Shown here: positions 1 through 10,742 of the stretch, in pieces | Layout of the letters: the number at the start of each line of letters is the position of its first letter | Position numbering within the stretch: position 1 is the first letter of the stretch | Virus record (IMG/VR): IMGVR_UViG_3300027793_000052 | Location: 248,001-312,000 of that record | Length of the DNA stretch: 64,000 nucleotides | Strand: one strand, 5' to 3' | Program-made: the position numbers and the translations under genes | Notes under the pieces: model-generated | Told to the model about the DNA's origin: nothing | Database searches by the model: none | The model's input: only the letters and a program-made list of their open reading frames with translations

Positions 1-1
1 T

Positions 2-3000
2 GGTTACATAGCTGCTTCACAATTTTTAGATGAAGATAAATATAAACCACAACAAATATTAAGAGAAAAATACAAAGCCACTAAAATACATTACAACAAT
101 CAAGAATTGGATAGTGATATAGATGATACATCACCATTTTCACCTTGGTGTGACAATACGGCTATAGGTGATAATAGATGTACTACTATAATGGATTTGG
201 TAAAACTTATTAATGTTTTTGAAAAAGACAACAAATCCAACATTATTAAAAGTCCGGAATTTTTTGAGTTACAAAACTTAGAGGCTCTACAAAAATTATT
301 GACACAATATCGTGACACTGTTACAACTTTAATTAATCAATTACAAAGCCAAAACTATCTTTTTGAAAATAGTGAGGCTTATAAAGATGAAAATTTACCA
401 CCACTTAAACAAAAATTAGTTTTAAATAACCCTGATCAAATTAATGAATTAAATAAACAAGATAGTGGTTTATTATACGGTTATTTTAATAAAAAAAATG
501 GTACATTTTTAAATTTAGTAAAAGATATTTTAATAAAAAAAATAACAAATAATGATGTTTATGGTGATAGGTATACTAATTGTTTAAGTGAGGGTTTTAA
601 CAATGATTATGTAAAAAGTATAGAAGAAAAAAATCCTGAAGAACAATTATATACTTTTTTTTATAATCTATTAGATAATAAACCTTTTCAATACGGTATT
701 TTAAAAGGAATGTCTTATGCTGATAGCAATCAGATACAAAAAGATAAAAACGGTCAAACAATAAGTTTTATAGATTTTGGTTTTATATTAAAAGATATTG
801 ACAATTCTTTAAAAATTTTAAATAACAACTCCTCAGACCCAAATCAACTTGGTGTAATAAATAAAAAAAGGTTAGAAGTTAATAAGGCAATCAATAATGT
901 TTTTAGCACAACAATTGGTTTTAAACCCTCAATAAGAAATATATTTACTGTCATACTATGTAACACTGAAACTTTTATTGACATATTAGTAGACTTACAA
1001 GTAAAGGCTGAAGAATACCATGAACAAAACACACAAGTAACACCAAATGGACAAGGTGATATTTTTTCTGGTTATGATAAAGTATACCCATGGCCAACTT
1101 ACATTGAAAAAGGTTATACACCCCCATCTGGTTCTGCCAAAAACCAAGGTGAAAAAGAAGTATATCCAGGTAGAAGATACCCTAATTGGGTTGAGTGTAT
1201 ATTTGTTGAAGATTTTTTAAAAGCATTAAAAAAGTTTAAAGAAGAGACAAAAATAATTGAAAATGATACAACTGGTATAGGTGGTTTTGACAATTATGTA
1301 CCAATAAACCCATTGGAGTCACCTTTGTGGTATGAAAACCCTACAAAATACAAAGATGTTCACGATAAAGAAACCACTTACAGGATTATAGGTGAAAGAG
1401 CTTTTATTAATTTAGATCACAGTTATTTTTCACCAATTAGAATGACACCTGACATGTTGGACATGCCATTAGGTATTAGAAGGAAAGAAACAGAATGGAA
1501 TCCTATTAAAAACACAGATAATGGTCAGGACGATATTGCATCTATATTAGGAGCAATGGATGCTTGGAATTTATTAAACAGTAAAGATGACGGTGATAAA
1601 ATAAGTCTTGAGTTAAATTTAATTCTTAAAGAAAATGATCCCGAAAAATTTATACAATCCGTATTAAGTCGTTTAAAAACAGACGGATTTAATTGGACGG
1701 AAAAAACAGCAGCAGAAATATCCAATTTAAATACTACAATATCAACTGGAAGTACGTTAGGTGCTTCATATGGTTTTAATTGGGATGACGTGTATTATGT
1801 ATTAGATACTGGTAATAATGGAATAAAGTTAGACACTCTTGGAAAAGTTGTTATTCATGCTAATCCACATAAAATGGATTTCAATAATTTATTTAAAATA
1901 ATACCAGCACCAAACGGATCACCTGAAAGTAGTACTAGACAAATAGAAATAACCAATGACAAATTAGTTAGTCAAATAAACAACTACTCCGATAAAATAT
2001 CGTTAGAAACTTCATTTATAAATTTTAATACTAAATCATTAGATGATGCAACAGATTACCCTAAAGATATAAATAAAATCACTTTAGATAAAAATGAAAA
2101 AGTTGGTTGGTTCATAACTTCATTAAGTAACCCACAACAATATATAACTTTGGCAATGTCAGATGTTAAAGAAGGTAAATTAACGGATTGGTACAAAAAC
2201 ACTGATATTAGTAAATTATCTATATCAAACATGGGTTTATTATCTTATTGGGACTACGATAATTTGAATGAAACATATGGAATTAGTTTTTTAACAGATG
2301 AAAACAATCAAGGTGATATATTTGGCAATAAAATTGATTTTAATGGTGATAATTTCCCTAAATTAGAAAATTTTTCTGATCCTAAAAGTACTAAAATAGA
2401 ACCGGAAGATAATATAACAGGTGAAGGTGTGGCAGGTGGTGACGGTATTTCTACACCATTCATATCAACACCATTATGGTTGGATAATATAAATAAATTT
2501 AGAACTAACGCAAGTGGAAGTAGATTAAAAACTAACTCTAGTGGTGGAATGGATACTGACGATAAAATTCAGTATAGAAATTTAGCTTATTTATTTTTAC
2601 ATACACTAAAAACCACCCCATTAATAACTAGATATACGTCTGATGATGGTTATTTATGGGATAAAAATAAAGCAATAGGTGCATCAAATCTTATAGATCA
2701 AGGTAAATCTTCTGACCCAGCATTAATACAATCATTAAGAGCTTTTATGATTAATGGTGGTATGGCGAAAGTACCAAAGGCTTGGTTACTAACACTTGGT
2801 TCTGAATTATGGAGATGGAAAATGTTTGTGGGTACTAAAACAATTAATGACAAAATAGTATGGAACAAACCTTTAACTTGTAAAAAATGTGATAAAGGCG
2901 ATAAACCCAATGGTTTTGACCCTTTAGCACAACCCGGATTTAATTATAACCCAACAGGTGGTACATACACAAAAAGATTGTATAAAAATTATACACTTGG

Positions 3001-5989
3001 ATTTGATAAAAATGAACCGATAGAGAGGAATGATATACCAGTATATTTAAATAAATTATACAATATAACTAACAATAATTTTTATGTTAACAACATACAA
3101 ACATCTGTTTTTAGTAATGAATATCAAAACAGAAAGAAAGGTCAAATATTAGATGGTGGTAATGATCCTTATTGTTCTTTTAGATATTATAATATCTATA
3201 AAGACAAAATGGGACCGTTAAAAGATAATTTAAATTTAACTAACGAACAGGTCACCCCACAATCTGAAACTAAATCATATAGTTGGCCACAACTATGGAT
3301 AGCACCACACCACATACCTTATGTTAATCCAGAAATTTTTTATGATAACGATGAAGGTGAAGCATCAGGGTTTGTTGTGGCTTTTGAAAATGGTATAGAT
3401 TACATGGACTACCAAACAATAATGCCTGTTACATATGATAATACTGAGTATTATGATGGTACATCATTAAATAGTGGTGAATATTACACTTACAGATCCA
3501 GAAGTTATGATGGTAACTTAGGTATGGTATTACAATATATACCAGACGATATAAAAAATAAAATAATTGAAGAATTTGAAAAATGGTGTGATAGTCAAGA
3601 ATGGAGACAAAACATATTACCAATTTTTGATCCTGTAAATTTTGGATCTCAAACTTCTACTATATTTACAAATTACCAACTTAGACAAGACATATCGGTT
3701 AAAACCGTAGGTAATCATAAAGATAGTTATGTTTTAACACTTAAAGACGATGAATCTACATCTAGTTTAAAAAAATTGTTAACGGATCAATATTGGTTGT
3801 TATCTTCTACACCTAAGATATGGTATGGTATTGGAGATGATACACAACCTGGTACAGATGCAATAACAAATCAATTTAAATCTATAGGTAACTCCCAACC
3901 ATTTTTAGTTTCAAAAAAAATATTAGATAGTTATTTAACTTCTTTTTATAATGAGTTTACAAAACAAAGGAATGAAAGGATACAAGAGGTTAATAAAAAA
4001 GAAACTGAGAGTGGTACAAACAACGATTCCATAATTAACGATGATGATATTAAATTATCTCTTTATAGAACTTTTAAATCTTTATCGGATAAATGGATTT
4101 CAGCATCAAATAAAGGTAAATCTTTTTTTACTCTTGTTAATGACGGTAATAACGTATGTGATGGCAATTACAGATACAGAGGTAAAACACAAAGTAATGA
4201 TTCACAAAGTAATGAACCACCAAAAACATTGGCAAACAATTTTCAATACGTAAATAGAGCTATGGGTGACATTGGTGATATTGCTGTAATAGACGTGACA
4301 AAATTAATGGAAATATTAGACAATCCAAAATTATCACTATATCAATACATAACAGATTTGTTAGTACAAAATGAATATTTATTTTTTCCACTTCCAGCAT
4401 ACATAAATTTTACACATTCAGGATTATCTGATGACGCTTTAGTGGATATGTTTAGGCCAGTAAATGATTTAAGTACAATAAGTTGTGGGCCAATATTTTT
4501 GTCTATGTATGTGGGAGGTACTTCCAGACAATTAGACTTAAATAACAATACTTTAAAATCTAATTGTAAACAAGATAATGATGCTTTAAAAAACATAAAT
4601 AACGACAGTTTTTCTTTAACAGGATTTGGTAATAACATACCGGAAGATTTCACCAACACCGAAATATCCAAAACTACAACAGCTTTTAAAGTTACTTATG
4701 GTATTGAAAACCAAAACCATTTTAAAAATATACAGTTAGATCAGGCTGATTTTAAAGAAACTGCAGAATCGTTAATGGTTATAGATAAACTATCACAACA
4801 AGGTGGTAGCGATAGAACGACAAAGGGACAAAATTTAAATACAGCCTATTTAACACGTTCATACACTTGTGAAATAGAATCATTTGGTAATATGATGATA
4901 CAACCAATGATTTACTTTGATTTAATGGGAGTACCAATGTTTAGTGGAACTTATTTAATAACAGAAGTTAAACATAATTTTAAACCAAACAACTCCACAA
5001 CATCTTTTAAAGGTGTTAGACAACCTAAAATGACTGTACCTATTGTCACTGATGTAGCGACAGCAATGAATCTATCATTTAAAGGTGAATCTAGTGATGG
5101 TTCAGGACAGTCTATTGTTGATAACAATAATAATAATAATAATAATAACGGAAGTAGTTCTAAAAGTAAGTCAGTAATACCAACCGGTTCTTACGCACCA
5201 ATTGTAAAAACGTTAATAGAAAATGGGTCAACAAACGGTAATGTATCAGCTGGTAATATTACATTAAAAGCAATACCACCAATAAAAGGTATTAACAATT
5301 TTAAATTAAACAATGCTAGAGAAAATTTATTAATAACCGAAGCTTCAGATTCTTTAGTGGTAATGATGAATGATTGGGTTAGTTGGATGATACAAGATGG
5401 TTTTAAAGGTGACAAAGGCATTTACGCTTATATAACATCAGTATTTAGAGATTATAATAAACAAGTTGATATTAAAAAAGAATATGGTAATGCAGCCGCA
5501 GAACCTGGTACATCACCACACGGTTGGTGTATAGCGGTAGATATACAAATGTTTAGAAAAGATGGATCCATAATACCTAATAAGAAAAATCAACCACAAT
5601 ATTTTAATATTAATGAAAATCCGGCTTTAAAATGGTTATTCGATAATTCATACACTTACGGATGGATATTACCTGAAAAATTGAGGGATGGTGATCCACT
5701 TGAAGAACATTGGCATTTTGAATATCACGGAACATCTGCTAAGTGCTTAGTTAATGAATCACCTACAGTATATGGGTACACAATTAAAGTTGACAAACCA
5801 GATAAATCCATAGTCATAAACCCAAAAACTAAAAACGGTAAAACAGCTGTTTATACTGACTGTAAATATAAAAAAGTTGATTCTGGTGAAGGAACTGAAG
5901 GTAACGGTACATTAGGTACAAAAAGTACACAAAAATTAAGTAACATTCAAAAAATAAGTTATAGATTAGGTTATTTAGGTAAAATATAA
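2..5989 (+). CDS. Large baseplate hub/tail-associated protein (gp27/late-control-D-like segment) with C-terminal M15B (VanY-like) peptidase; 5'-truncated by the window edge
   Basis: The frame is open from base 2 (GGT TAC ATA GCT...), so the track start at 107 is artefactual. Hub-like motif SYTCEIESFGNMMIQPMIYFDLMGVPMFSGTYLITEVKHNF at ~4860-4980. M15B motifs SVFRDY..Q, GTSPHGWCIAVD and EHWHFEY at ~5440-5730. Confidence 0.75.
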   Translation, partial: GYIAASQFLDEDKYKPQQILREKYKATKIHYNNQELDSDIDDTSPFSPWCDNTAIGDNRCTTIMDLVKLINVFEKDNKSNIIKSPEFFELQNLEALQKLLTQYRDTVTTLINQLQSQNYLFENSEAYKDENLPPLKQKLVLNNPDQINELNKQDSGLLYGYFNKKNGTFLNLVKDILIKKITNNDVYGDRYTNCLSEGFNNDYVKSIEEKNPEEQLYTFFYNLLDNKPFQYGILKGMSYADSNQIQKDKNGQTISFIDFGFILKDIDNSLKILNNNSSDPNQLGVINKKRLEVNKAINNVFSTTIGFKPSIRNIFTVILCNTETFIDILVDLQVKAEEYHEQNTQVTPNGQGDIFSGYDKVYPWPTYIEKGYTPPSGSAKNQGEKEVYPGRRYPNWVECIFVEDFLKALKKFKEETKIIENDTTGIGGFDNYVPINPLESPLWYENPTKYKDVHDKETTYRIIGERAFINLDHSYFSPIRMTPDMLDMPLGIRRKETEWNPIKNTDNGQDDIASILGAMDAWNLLNSKDDGDKISLELNLILKENDPEKFIQSVLSRLKTDGFNWTEKTAAEISNLNTTISTGSTLGASYGFNWDDVYYVLDTGNNGIKLDTLGKVVIHANPHKMDFNNLFKIIPAPNGSPESSTRQIEITNDKLVSQINNYSDKISLETSFINFNTKSLDDATDYPKDINKITLDKNEKVGWFITSLSNPQQYITLAMSDVKEGKLTDWYKNTDISKLSISNMGLLSYWDYDNLNETYGISFLTDENNQGDIFGNKIDFNGDNFPKLENFSDPKSTKIEPEDNITGEGVAGGDGISTPFISTPLWLDNINKFRTNASGSRLKTNSSGGMDTDDKIQYRNLAYLFLHTLKTTPLITRYTSDDGYLWDKNKAIGASNLIDQGKSSDPALIQSLRAFMINGGMAKVPKAWLLTLGSELWRWKMFVGTKTINDKIVWNKPLTCKKCDKGDKPNGFDPLAQPGFNYNPTGGTYTKRLYKNYTLGFDKNEPIERNDIPVYLNKLYNITNNNFYVNNIQTSVFSNEYQNRKKGQILDGGNDPYCSFRYYNIYKDKMGPLKDNLNLTNEQVTPQSETKSYSWPQLWIAPHHIPYVNPEIFYDNDEGEASGFVVAFENGIDYMDYQTIMPVTYDNTEYYDGTSLNSGEYYTYRSRSYDGNLGMVLQYIPDDIKNKIIEEFEKWCDSQEWRQNILPIFDPVNFGSQTSTIFTNYQLRQDISVKTVGNHKDSYVLTLKDDESTSSLKKLLTDQYWLLSSTPKIWYGIGDDTQPGTDAITNQFKSIGNSQPFLVSKKILDSYLTSFYNEFTKQRNERIQEVNKKETESGTNNDSIINDDDIKLSLYRTFKSLSDKWISASNKGKSFFTLVNDGNNVCDGNYRYRGKTQSNDSQSNEPPKTLANNFQYVNRAMGDIGDIAVIDVTKLMEILDNPKLSLYQYITDLLVQNEYLFFPLPAYINFTHSGLSDDALVDMFRPVNDLSTISCGPIFLSMYVGGTSRQLDLNNNTLKSNCKQDNDALKNINNDSFSLTGFGNNIPEDFTNTEISKTTTAFKVTYGIENQNHFKNIQLDQADFKETAESLMVIDKLSQQGGSDRTTKGQNLNTAYLTRSYTCEIESFGNMMIQPMIYFDLMGVPMFSGTYLITEVKHNFKPNNSTTSFKGVRQPKMTVPIVTDVATAMNLSFKGESSDGSGQSIVDNNNNNNNNNGSSSKSKSVIPTGSYAPIVKTLIENGSTNGNVSAGNITLKAIPPIKGINNFKLNNARENLLITEASDSLVVMMNDWVSWMIQDGFKGDKGIYAYITSVFRDYNKQVDIKKEYGNAAAEPGTSPHGWCIAVDIQMFRKDGSIIPNKKNQPQYFNINENPALKWLFDNSYTYGWILPEKLRDGDPLEEHWHFEYHGTSAKCLVNESPTVYGYTIKVDKPDKSIVINPKTKNGKTAVYTDCKYKKVDSGEGTEGNGTLGTKSTQKLSNIQKISYRLGYLGKI

Positions 5990-5993
5990 AAAT

Positions 5994-6617
5994 ATGGAAA
6001 CAATACCAAAACATTACAAAGCTATGTTGGACACATTGGCTTACACAGAAGGAACTTTAGGTGTTTCTAATAACGGTTATGATTTATTATTTAATTTTTT
6101 TACCATAAACGGTTGGTCAGACAATGCTGAGTTTGGACACCAAGGTAAAAATTGGTCTGTACCTATAGGTAATGATTTTACAACAGCTGCTGGAAGGTAT
6201 CAATTTTTAGCTAGTAGTTGGTATGATATGTCACAAAGGGAAAAAGACATTTTAAAATTACCTAAACTTGATACACCAATAACTTATAAAAAAGTTAATT
6301 ATAATTATAACGCACCTTTTAATAAAGTTAATCAAGATTATTTGGCCTACAAATATTTAAAATTAAAAAAAATAACCGAAGAATTATTAGTAGAGGCCGA
6401 AAAATCAGTAAATAATTTTTCCACTATGATTGAAAAAACAAAATTAGATTGTACATGGACTTCATTAGCTAGATCTTTATCATCTTCAGCAAAACCATGT
6501 GAAAAACAAGCAAAACCTGGTGAAACCAAAAACAAACAAATTTGTACACCAAAAGTATGTTCGTCAGGTGCTGAAGAAATATGGACTGTTTATAAAATGG
6601 CTTTAAGTAAGTATTAA
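5994..6617 (+). CDS. Lambda R-type lysozyme / lytic transglycosylase
   Basis: YKAMLDTLAYTEGT..NGYDLLF, TTAAGRYQFLASSW and CTWTSL match the lambda-lysozyme family motifs. Confidence 0.8.
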   Translation: METIPKHYKAMLDTLAYTEGTLGVSNNGYDLLFNFFTINGWSDNAEFGHQGKNWSVPIGNDFTTAAGRYQFLASSWYDMSQREKDILKLPKLDTPITYKKVNYNYNAPFNKVNQDYLAYKYLKLKKITEELLVEAEKSVNNFSTMIEKTKLDCTWTSLARSLSSSAKPCEKQAKPGETKNKQICTPKVCSSGAEEIWTVYKMALSKY

Positions 6618-6656
6618 TTTATTTTTTCATTTTTATTCATTATATTTTTATATTAT

Positions 6657-7286
6657 ATGAATATCATTGGAATTATAGTATCAAAAGACGATTTAACAGG
6701 AATACCAACAAACTTTGTTCGTATGTCTCCTGAAGATTATTTAAAATTAGATAACAAAGAACTCCCTACATTAATAATCGGATGGGGTTTAACTAAAGAT
6801 AATTTTAATAAAGCATCAATTTTAAATAAAAAGATATCAGATAATCTTTATTGGACATTTTCTACCGATGAAAAACGTGGTGTATTTGAATCTGATTTAA
6901 AGAAATTTATTAAAAAATCTTACGACGATTTTATAAAAGGTCTAAAATATTTTAATATAGACCCTATTATGTATAAAATAAATAATACCGAAGAATTAAT
7001 TGAAAAAATAAAGAGCCTCTCTGGTGGTTTTGCATATTTATATCTAAATAAAGTTGTGTACATATATCACAACTTTAATTTATTTTCTATCGACCTTAAT
7101 CAATTGGATTTCATAAAGTTTGATAGAAATGTTGTACTTAATGTGGTGAAAGAAATTATGAATTTTTTTAACAGTGAAATGGAAAAAGAATTTAAAAATG
7201 AACTTAAGTACTTGGATATAAAATATTTACCATACTTAATATACAGAGATGCAACAAAAAACATTATTACTAGCGTCATTCCTTAA
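6657..7286 (+). CDS. Hypothetical protein
   Basis: 209-aa ORF with ATG start, in a co-oriented gene run; no motif recognised. Confidence 0.7.
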   Translation: MNIIGIIVSKDDLTGIPTNFVRMSPEDYLKLDNKELPTLIIGWGLTKDNFNKASILNKKISDNLYWTFSTDEKRGVFESDLKKFIKKSYDDFIKGLKYFNIDPIMYKINNTEELIEKIKSLSGGFAYLYLNKVVYIYHNFNLFSIDLNQLDFIKFDRNVVLNVVKEIMNFFNSEMEKEFKNELKYLDIKYLPYLIYRDATKNIITSVIP

Positions 7287-7650
7287 AGAAGATAAGTTAG
7301 ATTGGTTCTTAAATAAAATTTGGAAAAATTTTAATGTTAAAAAACAAAATGTTTTTTTCTTCAAAATGAATGATGATTATGTATTAACATATAGACTATC
7401 TTTAGATATTGAAAAAAGGATAGACATAAAAAAAGAACTCCCTAAAACCATACAAATACATAAAAAAGGTAGTACCATGTTTACAATTAATGCTTTAAAT
7501 AAATTAATAGAAACAGAAAGTGGTTTACAAGGTAATGTTAATCATAAAGACTTTCAAGTTGATTGGAGTAAGTATGAAAATAAAATAATACTACTCAAAG
7601 GGGAGGATTTAGAGATTTTACCTATTGAAAGAATATTTTTTAATAATTAA
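7249..7650 (+). CDS. Hypothetical protein
   Basis: 133-aa ORF overlapping the previous gene by 38 nt. Confidence 0.7.
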   Translation: MQQKTLLLASFLKEDKLDWFLNKIWKNFNVKKQNVFFFKMNDDYVLTYRLSLDIEKRIDIKKELPKTIQIHKKGSTMFTINALNKLIETESGLQGNVNHKDFQVDWSKYENKIILLKGEDLEILPIERIFFNN

Positions 7651-7652
7651 CG

Positions 7653-7661
7653 ATATTTATA
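7653..7661 (+). promoter_or_regulatory. ATATTTATA candidate late-promoter motif
   Basis: Intergenic, 13 nt before the ATG at 7675; recurs upstream of about 10 genes. Confidence 0.55.
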
Positions 7662-7674
7662 TAAAAAAAGTGTC

Positions 7675-7866
7675 ATGTTAGTAAACAAAAACAAAAATGA
7701 AAAAAATATTCAATCTAATTTGGATAATTTTTTAAAGGGTAAAAAACAAGAAGATTGTAACACCGATGAGTGTTTAATTAACAACCCTGAAGAAATCGTA
7801 AAGAGAGAAAATAAAAAAATCATCACAAATGATGGTAGACAACTTTTAAACGAATACACAAACTAA
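7675..7866 (+). CDS. Small hypothetical protein
   Basis: 63-aa ORF directly after the ATATTTATA motif. Confidence 0.65.
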   Translation: MLVNKNKNEKNIQSNLDNFLKGKKQEDCNTDECLINNPEEIVKRENKKIITNDGRQLLNEYTN

Positions 7867-7868
7867 AT

Positions 7869-8693
7869 ATGGAAAAAGATTTATCTAAAGAATTATCGGA
7901 ATCTCTAAAAAGACATAGAGAACTTCTTGGTTATGATCCAACCAAAGGTAAGTCTTCATTGGAAGAAAGTAGATATAGACATACATATCCGGCAGTTGAT
8001 GATATGACTGATTATGCCGATGAAGAGGAGACTACAGAAACAGAAGAAGAAACAACTGACACCGAAGGTGGAGAAGAGGGTGGTGATAACCCTGATTTCG
8101 ATTTCGGAGGAGAAGAAGAAGGTGGTGATGAAGAAACTGCTGATACTGAAGGTGGGGAGGAAGAAGACACCGACGAATTTGGTACGGCTGATGAATTCAG
8201 TGCTGCAGACGAGTTAGAAACTGAAGATGCAGACGAGGAAGTTGAAGAAATAGATGTAACAGATATTGTTAAACGTGCTGACGATGCTAAAGGTTATTCT
8301 GAAAAGGCTGTTAAAGCAGCCGAAGAAGGTAAAAATATGATAACAGATTTAATGTCCAAGTTTGACGCGTTACAATCTACTTTATCAAAGATAGATACTG
8401 TGGCTAACGAACTTAATGTTATTAAGAGAGATATTCAATCACAAAAACCTAAAGAAAAATTAGAATTACGTTCATTAGACTCATATCCGTTCAACGTTAA
8501 ATTAACTGATTATTGGAATGATGAAAAATTAAAAGATAATTATGAAATTACTTCAGGTACTCCTGACGCTGAAAGTCAAGACGGTGAGGTTAAAGTTTGG
8601 AAAGTAAAACCTGAAGATGTTAAAGATTACAACACAACAGATATTAAAAAATCTTTTGTTCCTGAATCTAAAAAGAAAAAAAGAACAATTTAA
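7869..8693 (+). CDS. Acidic low-complexity protein (possible head scaffold/internal protein)
   Basis: Long E/D/G/T-rich stretch, then a coiled-coil-like segment; followed by a terminator. Function is inference. Confidence 0.65.
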   Translation: MEKDLSKELSESLKRHRELLGYDPTKGKSSLEESRYRHTYPAVDDMTDYADEEETTETEEETTDTEGGEEGGDNPDFDFGGEEEGGDEETADTEGGEEEDTDEFGTADEFSAADELETEDADEEVEEIDVTDIVKRADDAKGYSEKAVKAAEEGKNMITDLMSKFDALQSTLSKIDTVANELNVIKRDIQSQKPKEKLELRSLDSYPFNVKLTDYWNDEKLKDNYEITSGTPDAESQDGEVKVWKVKPEDVKDYNTTDIKKSFVPESKKKKRTI

Positions 8694-8704
8694 AAAGTAA
8701 ATAG

Positions 8705-8730
8705 AAAAGGGGAAACTTTCCCCTTTTTTT
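8705..8730 (+). terminator. Rho-independent terminator
   Basis: AAAAGGGGAA-ACT-TTCCCCTTTT hairpin followed by a T run. Confidence 0.85.
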
Positions 8731-8734
8731 CTGC

Positions 8735-8763
8735 TTTACAAAATCTTAATTATCCATTATAAT
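8735..8763 (+). promoter_or_regulatory. Sigma70-type promoter TTTACA-N17-TATAAT for the ssb-recA replication operon
   Basis: TTTACA at 8735-8740, 17-nt spacer, TATAAT at 8758-8763, immediately after the terminator. Confidence 0.65.
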
Positions 8764-8828
8764 TAACCTACGTATACATCATATGTACTGCGTATTAAAT
8801 AAATGTTAAACAATTAAAAAAAAACAAA

Positions 8829-9662
8829 ATGAGTAATGTATTAGATGCAATCATGTCACAGTATGAGAAGAATAAGAATACTGGTGGCAGTAAAAATTTC
8901 GAAGAAAAGGACTTTTCAAAGTATTTTAACCCACGTTTAGAAGATGGAGAAAAAAATGGCGAAGCAACTATTCGTTTAATGCCAACCAAAGAAGGTGCAT
9001 CACCTTTTGAAGAAGGTTATTTTCACGTTATGCAAGTTAATGGACAATGGAGAAAACTTTATTGTAGAGAACATAACGACGGTGAAACTTGTCCATTGTG
9101 TGAAGTCGAAAAGGCTTTAAAAGCAACAGGTAGTGAAGAAGATAAAAAAATAGCTAAAACTTACAAAGCAGGTAAATTTTACCTTGTTCGTGTTATTGAC
9201 CGTTCCAAAGAAGAAGACGGTGTTAAAATTTGGCGTTTTCGTCATAACTATAAGGGTGAAGGTGAATTAGATAAAATGATACCTTTATTCACTAAAAAAG
9301 GAAATCTTGCAGACGGTAGAGAAGGTCGTGACCTTACACTTATGTTAGGCCGTGGTGATAAAAACAACACCAAAATAATTTCAATTATGGCCGAAGACCC
9401 ATCAATGTTAACAAATGATAAAGAAAAAGCTAAATCATGGGTTAAAGATACTTTATCATGGAAAGAAATTTATAAATCTTCTCCACTTGAATATCTTGAA
9501 ATTATAGCTAATGGTGAAACACCTGTTTGGGATAAAAAACTTGAAAAGTTTGTAGCTAAAGGTGAAGAAACGGTTAAGAAAGAAACTCCTACAAGTTCGG
9601 CTAAATATACAGCCCCTAGTGTTGAGGATGAGGCTGGTGATGATGATGAAATGCCATTTTAA
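8829..9662 (+). CDS. ssb: Single-stranded DNA-binding protein, T4 gp32-like
   Basis: ATIRLMP, Zn-site residues (H, C, CPLC), GVKIWRF, GRDLTL and an acidic tail DDDEMPF; lies upstream of recA. Confidence 0.85.
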   Translation: MSNVLDAIMSQYEKNKNTGGSKNFEEKDFSKYFNPRLEDGEKNGEATIRLMPTKEGASPFEEGYFHVMQVNGQWRKLYCREHNDGETCPLCEVEKALKATGSEEDKKIAKTYKAGKFYLVRVIDRSKEEDGVKIWRFRHNYKGEGELDKMIPLFTKKGNLADGREGRDLTLMLGRGDKNNTKIISIMAEDPSMLTNDKEKAKSWVKDTLSWKEIYKSSPLEYLEIIANGETPVWDKKLEKFVAKGEETVKKETPTSSAKYTAPSVEDEAGDDDEMPF

Positions 9663-9672
9663 TTTTTAAGTT

Positions 9673-10701
9673 ATGTCAGAAAGTAAAGAAGCAACAAAAA
9701 AGTCTATTGGTAAAAAACAGTTTTCATTAGACAATTTAAAAAATAAGTTTAGTACGAAAACTAAATACAAGGAAACAGAGTATTTTGATTGTGGTGAAGC
9801 ATTTCACAAAGCATGTGGTATACCAGGGCCTGTTGTGTGTGGTATATCTATGTTTTTAGGCCACAGTAATAGTTCTAAAACCACAGCTTTAATTAAAGCT
9901 GCCGCTGATGCACAAAAGAAGGGTCATTTACCTGTTTTCATAATAACAGAAAGAAAATGGTCTTTTGATCATGCTAAAGAGCTTGGTTTAGATTGTGAAA
10001 AAAATTCAGAAGGTGAGTGGGACGGATTCTTCTTATTCCGTGATGATTTTGATTATATCGAACAAATCACTGATTATATGAATGATTTGTTAAATGCTCA
10101 AGAAAAAGGTGAGTTACCACATAGTTTAGCTTTCTTTTGGGACTCTGTAGGTTCGGTACCTTGTAAAATGACCTTTGAAGGTAAAGGTGGTAAAATGCAT
10201 AACGCATCAACTTTAGCTGATAAAATAGGTCTAGGTATTAGTGGAAGAATATCCAAGTCAAAAAAACAGGATTACCCATATGAAAACAGTTTAATAATAG
10301 TGAACCAACCATGGGTGGATTTACCGGATAACCCATTTGGACAACCAGAAATAAAGGCTAAAGGTGGTGAGGCAATTTGGTTGGCATCTAGTTTAGTGTT
10401 TTTATTCGGTAATCAAAAGAAGTCTGGTATTTCACATATAATGGCAACCAAAGATAAAAGGAAAGTTAGTTTTGGTATACGTACTAAAGTATCTGTGTTA
10501 AAAAACCATATAAACGGTTTAGGTTACAAAGATGGTAAAATAATAGCCGTACCACATGGTTATATTGAAGATACTACAGAAGCTGTGGATCAATATAAGA
10601 AAAACTATTCTGAATTTTGGAAAGAAAAATTGGGGGCAGTAGATTCAGACTTTTCTTTGGAAGAAGATAAAGAAGGTGATTATCAATTATTTGAAGACTA
10701 G
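9673..10701 (+). CDS. recA: RecA/UvsX-like recombinase
   Basis: Walker A variant GHSNSSKTT, FIITE, WDSVGS, IIVNQ and KGGEAI motifs. Confidence 0.9.
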   Translation: MSESKEATKKSIGKKQFSLDNLKNKFSTKTKYKETEYFDCGEAFHKACGIPGPVVCGISMFLGHSNSSKTTALIKAAADAQKKGHLPVFIITERKWSFDHAKELGLDCEKNSEGEWDGFFLFRDDFDYIEQITDYMNDLLNAQEKGELPHSLAFFWDSVGSVPCKMTFEGKGGKMHNASTLADKIGLGISGRISKSKKQDYPYENSLIIVNQPWVDLPDNPFGQPEIKAKGGEAIWLASSLVFLFGNQKKSGISHIMATKDKRKVSFGIRTKVSVLKNHINGLGYKDGKIIAVPHGYIEDTTEAVDQYKKNYSEFWKEKLGAVDSDFSLEEDKEGDYQLFED

Positions 10702-10729
10702 TTTTTTAGGACTTTTAGACACTGGGTGT

Positions 10730-10738
10730 ATATTTATA
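10730..10738 (+). promoter_or_regulatory. ATATTTATA candidate late-promoter motif
   Basis: Intergenic, 4 nt before the ATG of the endonuclease gene. Confidence 0.5.
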
Positions 10739-10742
10739 ATAT

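Noticed and set aside
5940-5996. Possible frameshift or read-through fusing the hub protein to the lysozyme
   Set aside because: The lysozyme frame has several stops just upstream, and the gene has its own ATG 4 nt after the TAA; no slippery site plus structure seen.
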